The notes beneath the pieces are model-generated. The model did not search any database. It was not told the DNA's origin and saw nothing but the letters and a program-made list of their open reading frames with translations. A stretch of 64,000 nt of DNA. Origin: an uncultured Actinomycetota bacterium. GTDB taxonomy: Bacteria; Actinomycetota; Actinomycetes; JAHEKZ01. Numbering within the stretch: the first letter of the stretch is position 1; the number at the start of each line of letters is the position of its first letter. Location: positions 800,001 through 864,000 of the forward strand of contig CAWHIJ010000003.1 of the NCBI GenBank assembly GCA_963829525.1, given 5' to 3'. Shown here piece by piece: positions 62,888 through 64,000 of this stretch. The translations under genes and the position numbers were made by a program.

Positions 62888-63111
62888 TCGTTGTCTGCTG
62901 AGTCCGGTTGAGGCGTTGCGGCCTCGAGGCGGGCGCGCGCACCGTCGAGCCAGGTCTGACAGATGGTGGCGAGCTCTTCGCCGCGCTCCCAGAGGGCAAT
63001 CGAGCGCTCAAGGGTCAGCCCACCGCCCTCAAGCTGCTTGACGACATCGATCAGCTCGTCGCGGGCAGCTTCGTAGCCGATCTCGGGGGCTTGGGCCTCG
63101 GGTGTGCTCAT
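62884..63111 (-). CDS. xseB: Exodeoxyribonuclease VII small subunit
   Basis: [12 protein letters not shown]...[13 protein letters not shown]...C. Confidence 0.94.
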   Translation of the reverse strand: MSTPEAQAPEIGYEAARDELIDVVKQLEGGGLTLERSIALWERGEELATICQTWLDGARARLEAATPQPDSADND

Positions 63112-64000
63112 GACTCTCCATCAGTGGTAGCGGTAAAGCTGCCGCCAGCGACGCGGACGAGCAGCGCCGAGCGCGGAGCGGGCGGGGTGCGGACGACGGC
63201 GCCGTCCTCGGTCTGAACCAAGGCATAGCCACGGTCGAGGGTTGCCTGCGGTGAAAGAGCGCGCACGCGCGCCCTGGTGTGTGTGAGCTCGGTGTGGGCG
63301 TGCTCGAGCCGGCTGCTCAGCGCGCGACGGCTGCGCTGGACGAGGTCGACGACCAGCCGTTCGTGAGCTTCGACCAGTGTCACCGGCGTGGCCAGCACCG
63401 GGCGGCTACGAAGCTGATCGAGCCCGGACTGCTCGGATGCGAGCCGCGCGGCGATGGCCTCGGCCATGCGGCGTCGAGCTGCGGTGACGGCTTCGAGCTC
63501 GAAGGCGACGTCGGGCACGATCTTTCTGGCTGCGTCGGTGGGCGTGGACGCGCGGACGTCGGCGACGAGGTCGAGCAGTGGGGCATCCTGCTCGTGTCCG
63601 ATGGCGCTGACCACCGGGGTGGCGGCATTGGCCACGGCCCGGATCAGCGTCTCTTCGGAGAATGGGAGCAGGTCTTCGACCGAGCCGCCGCCGCGCGTGA
63701 TGACGATGACATCGACCGCCCTATCGGCGTCGAGCTGCTGCAGCGCTGCGGTGACCTGAGCTGCGGCGGTCGCACCCTGAACAGCAACCTCACGGGTGTA
63801 GAAGGTGACGGCCGGCCACCTGCGCTTCGCATTCTCGACGACGTCGCGTTCTGCGGCTGATGCGCGTCCGCAGATCAGGCCGACCCCGCGAGGCAGGAAG
63901 GGCAGCGGCTTCTTGCGGTCGGCGGCGAACAGCCCCTCGGCGGCGAGTGTCGACTTCAGTCGTTCGAGCCGCGCGAGCAGCTCGCCGAGGCCGACGTGGC
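63108..64000 (-). CDS. xseA: Exodeoxyribonuclease VII large subunit, 3' part (5'-truncated by window)
   Basis: [38 protein letters not shown]. Confidence 0.95.
   Translation of the reverse strand, partial: HVGLGELLARLERLKSTLAAEGLFAADRKKPLPFLPRGVGLICGRASAAERDVVENAKRRWPAVTFYTREVAVQGATAAAQVTAALQQLDADRAVDVIVITRGGGSVEDLLPFSEETLIRAVANAATPVVSAIGHEQDAPLLDLVADVRASTPTDAARKIVPDVAFELEAVTAARRRMAEAIAARLASEQSGLDQLRSRPVLATPVTLVEAHERLVVDLVQRSRRALSSRLEHAHTELTHTRARVRALSPQATLDRGYALVQTEDGAVVRTPPAPRSALLVRVAGGSFTATTDGES

Overview
High-GC window from an Actinomycetes chromosome (mycothiol amidase mca; conserved order pcrA-sucCD-purNH-folD-mdh-icd ... cbs-metB-greA-mca-DUF255-isoprenyl transferase-phoH2-fumC-glpX-DUF4245-xseBA). 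About 65 CDSs and one tRNA-Leu(TAA). No rRNA, CRISPR, integrase or transposase was seen. Several genes are split by small indels, consistent with long-read/MAG assembly errors or pseudogenes. Most unusual signals: (1) an accessory-gene stack between cbs and msrA (24.6-29.1 kb) containing two decayed extra copies of the msrA 3' end plus gene scraps, suggesting serial gene acquisition anchored in msrA without a visible integrase; (2) an orphan AbiEi-wHTH/DUF559-like nuclease gene bracketed by ~30-bp hairpin direct repeats, with a related solitary hairpin at 50.4 kb, reminiscent of REP/RAYT; (3) a sharply bounded ~620-bp block in the chemoreceptor signalling domain whose codons end almost only in G/T; (4) sigma28-like promoters on the MCP and GGDEF-EAL genes; (5) a TMADH-family flavoenzyme lacking the FMN-ligating Cys. 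All calls come from reading the sequence by eye; no database search was run.
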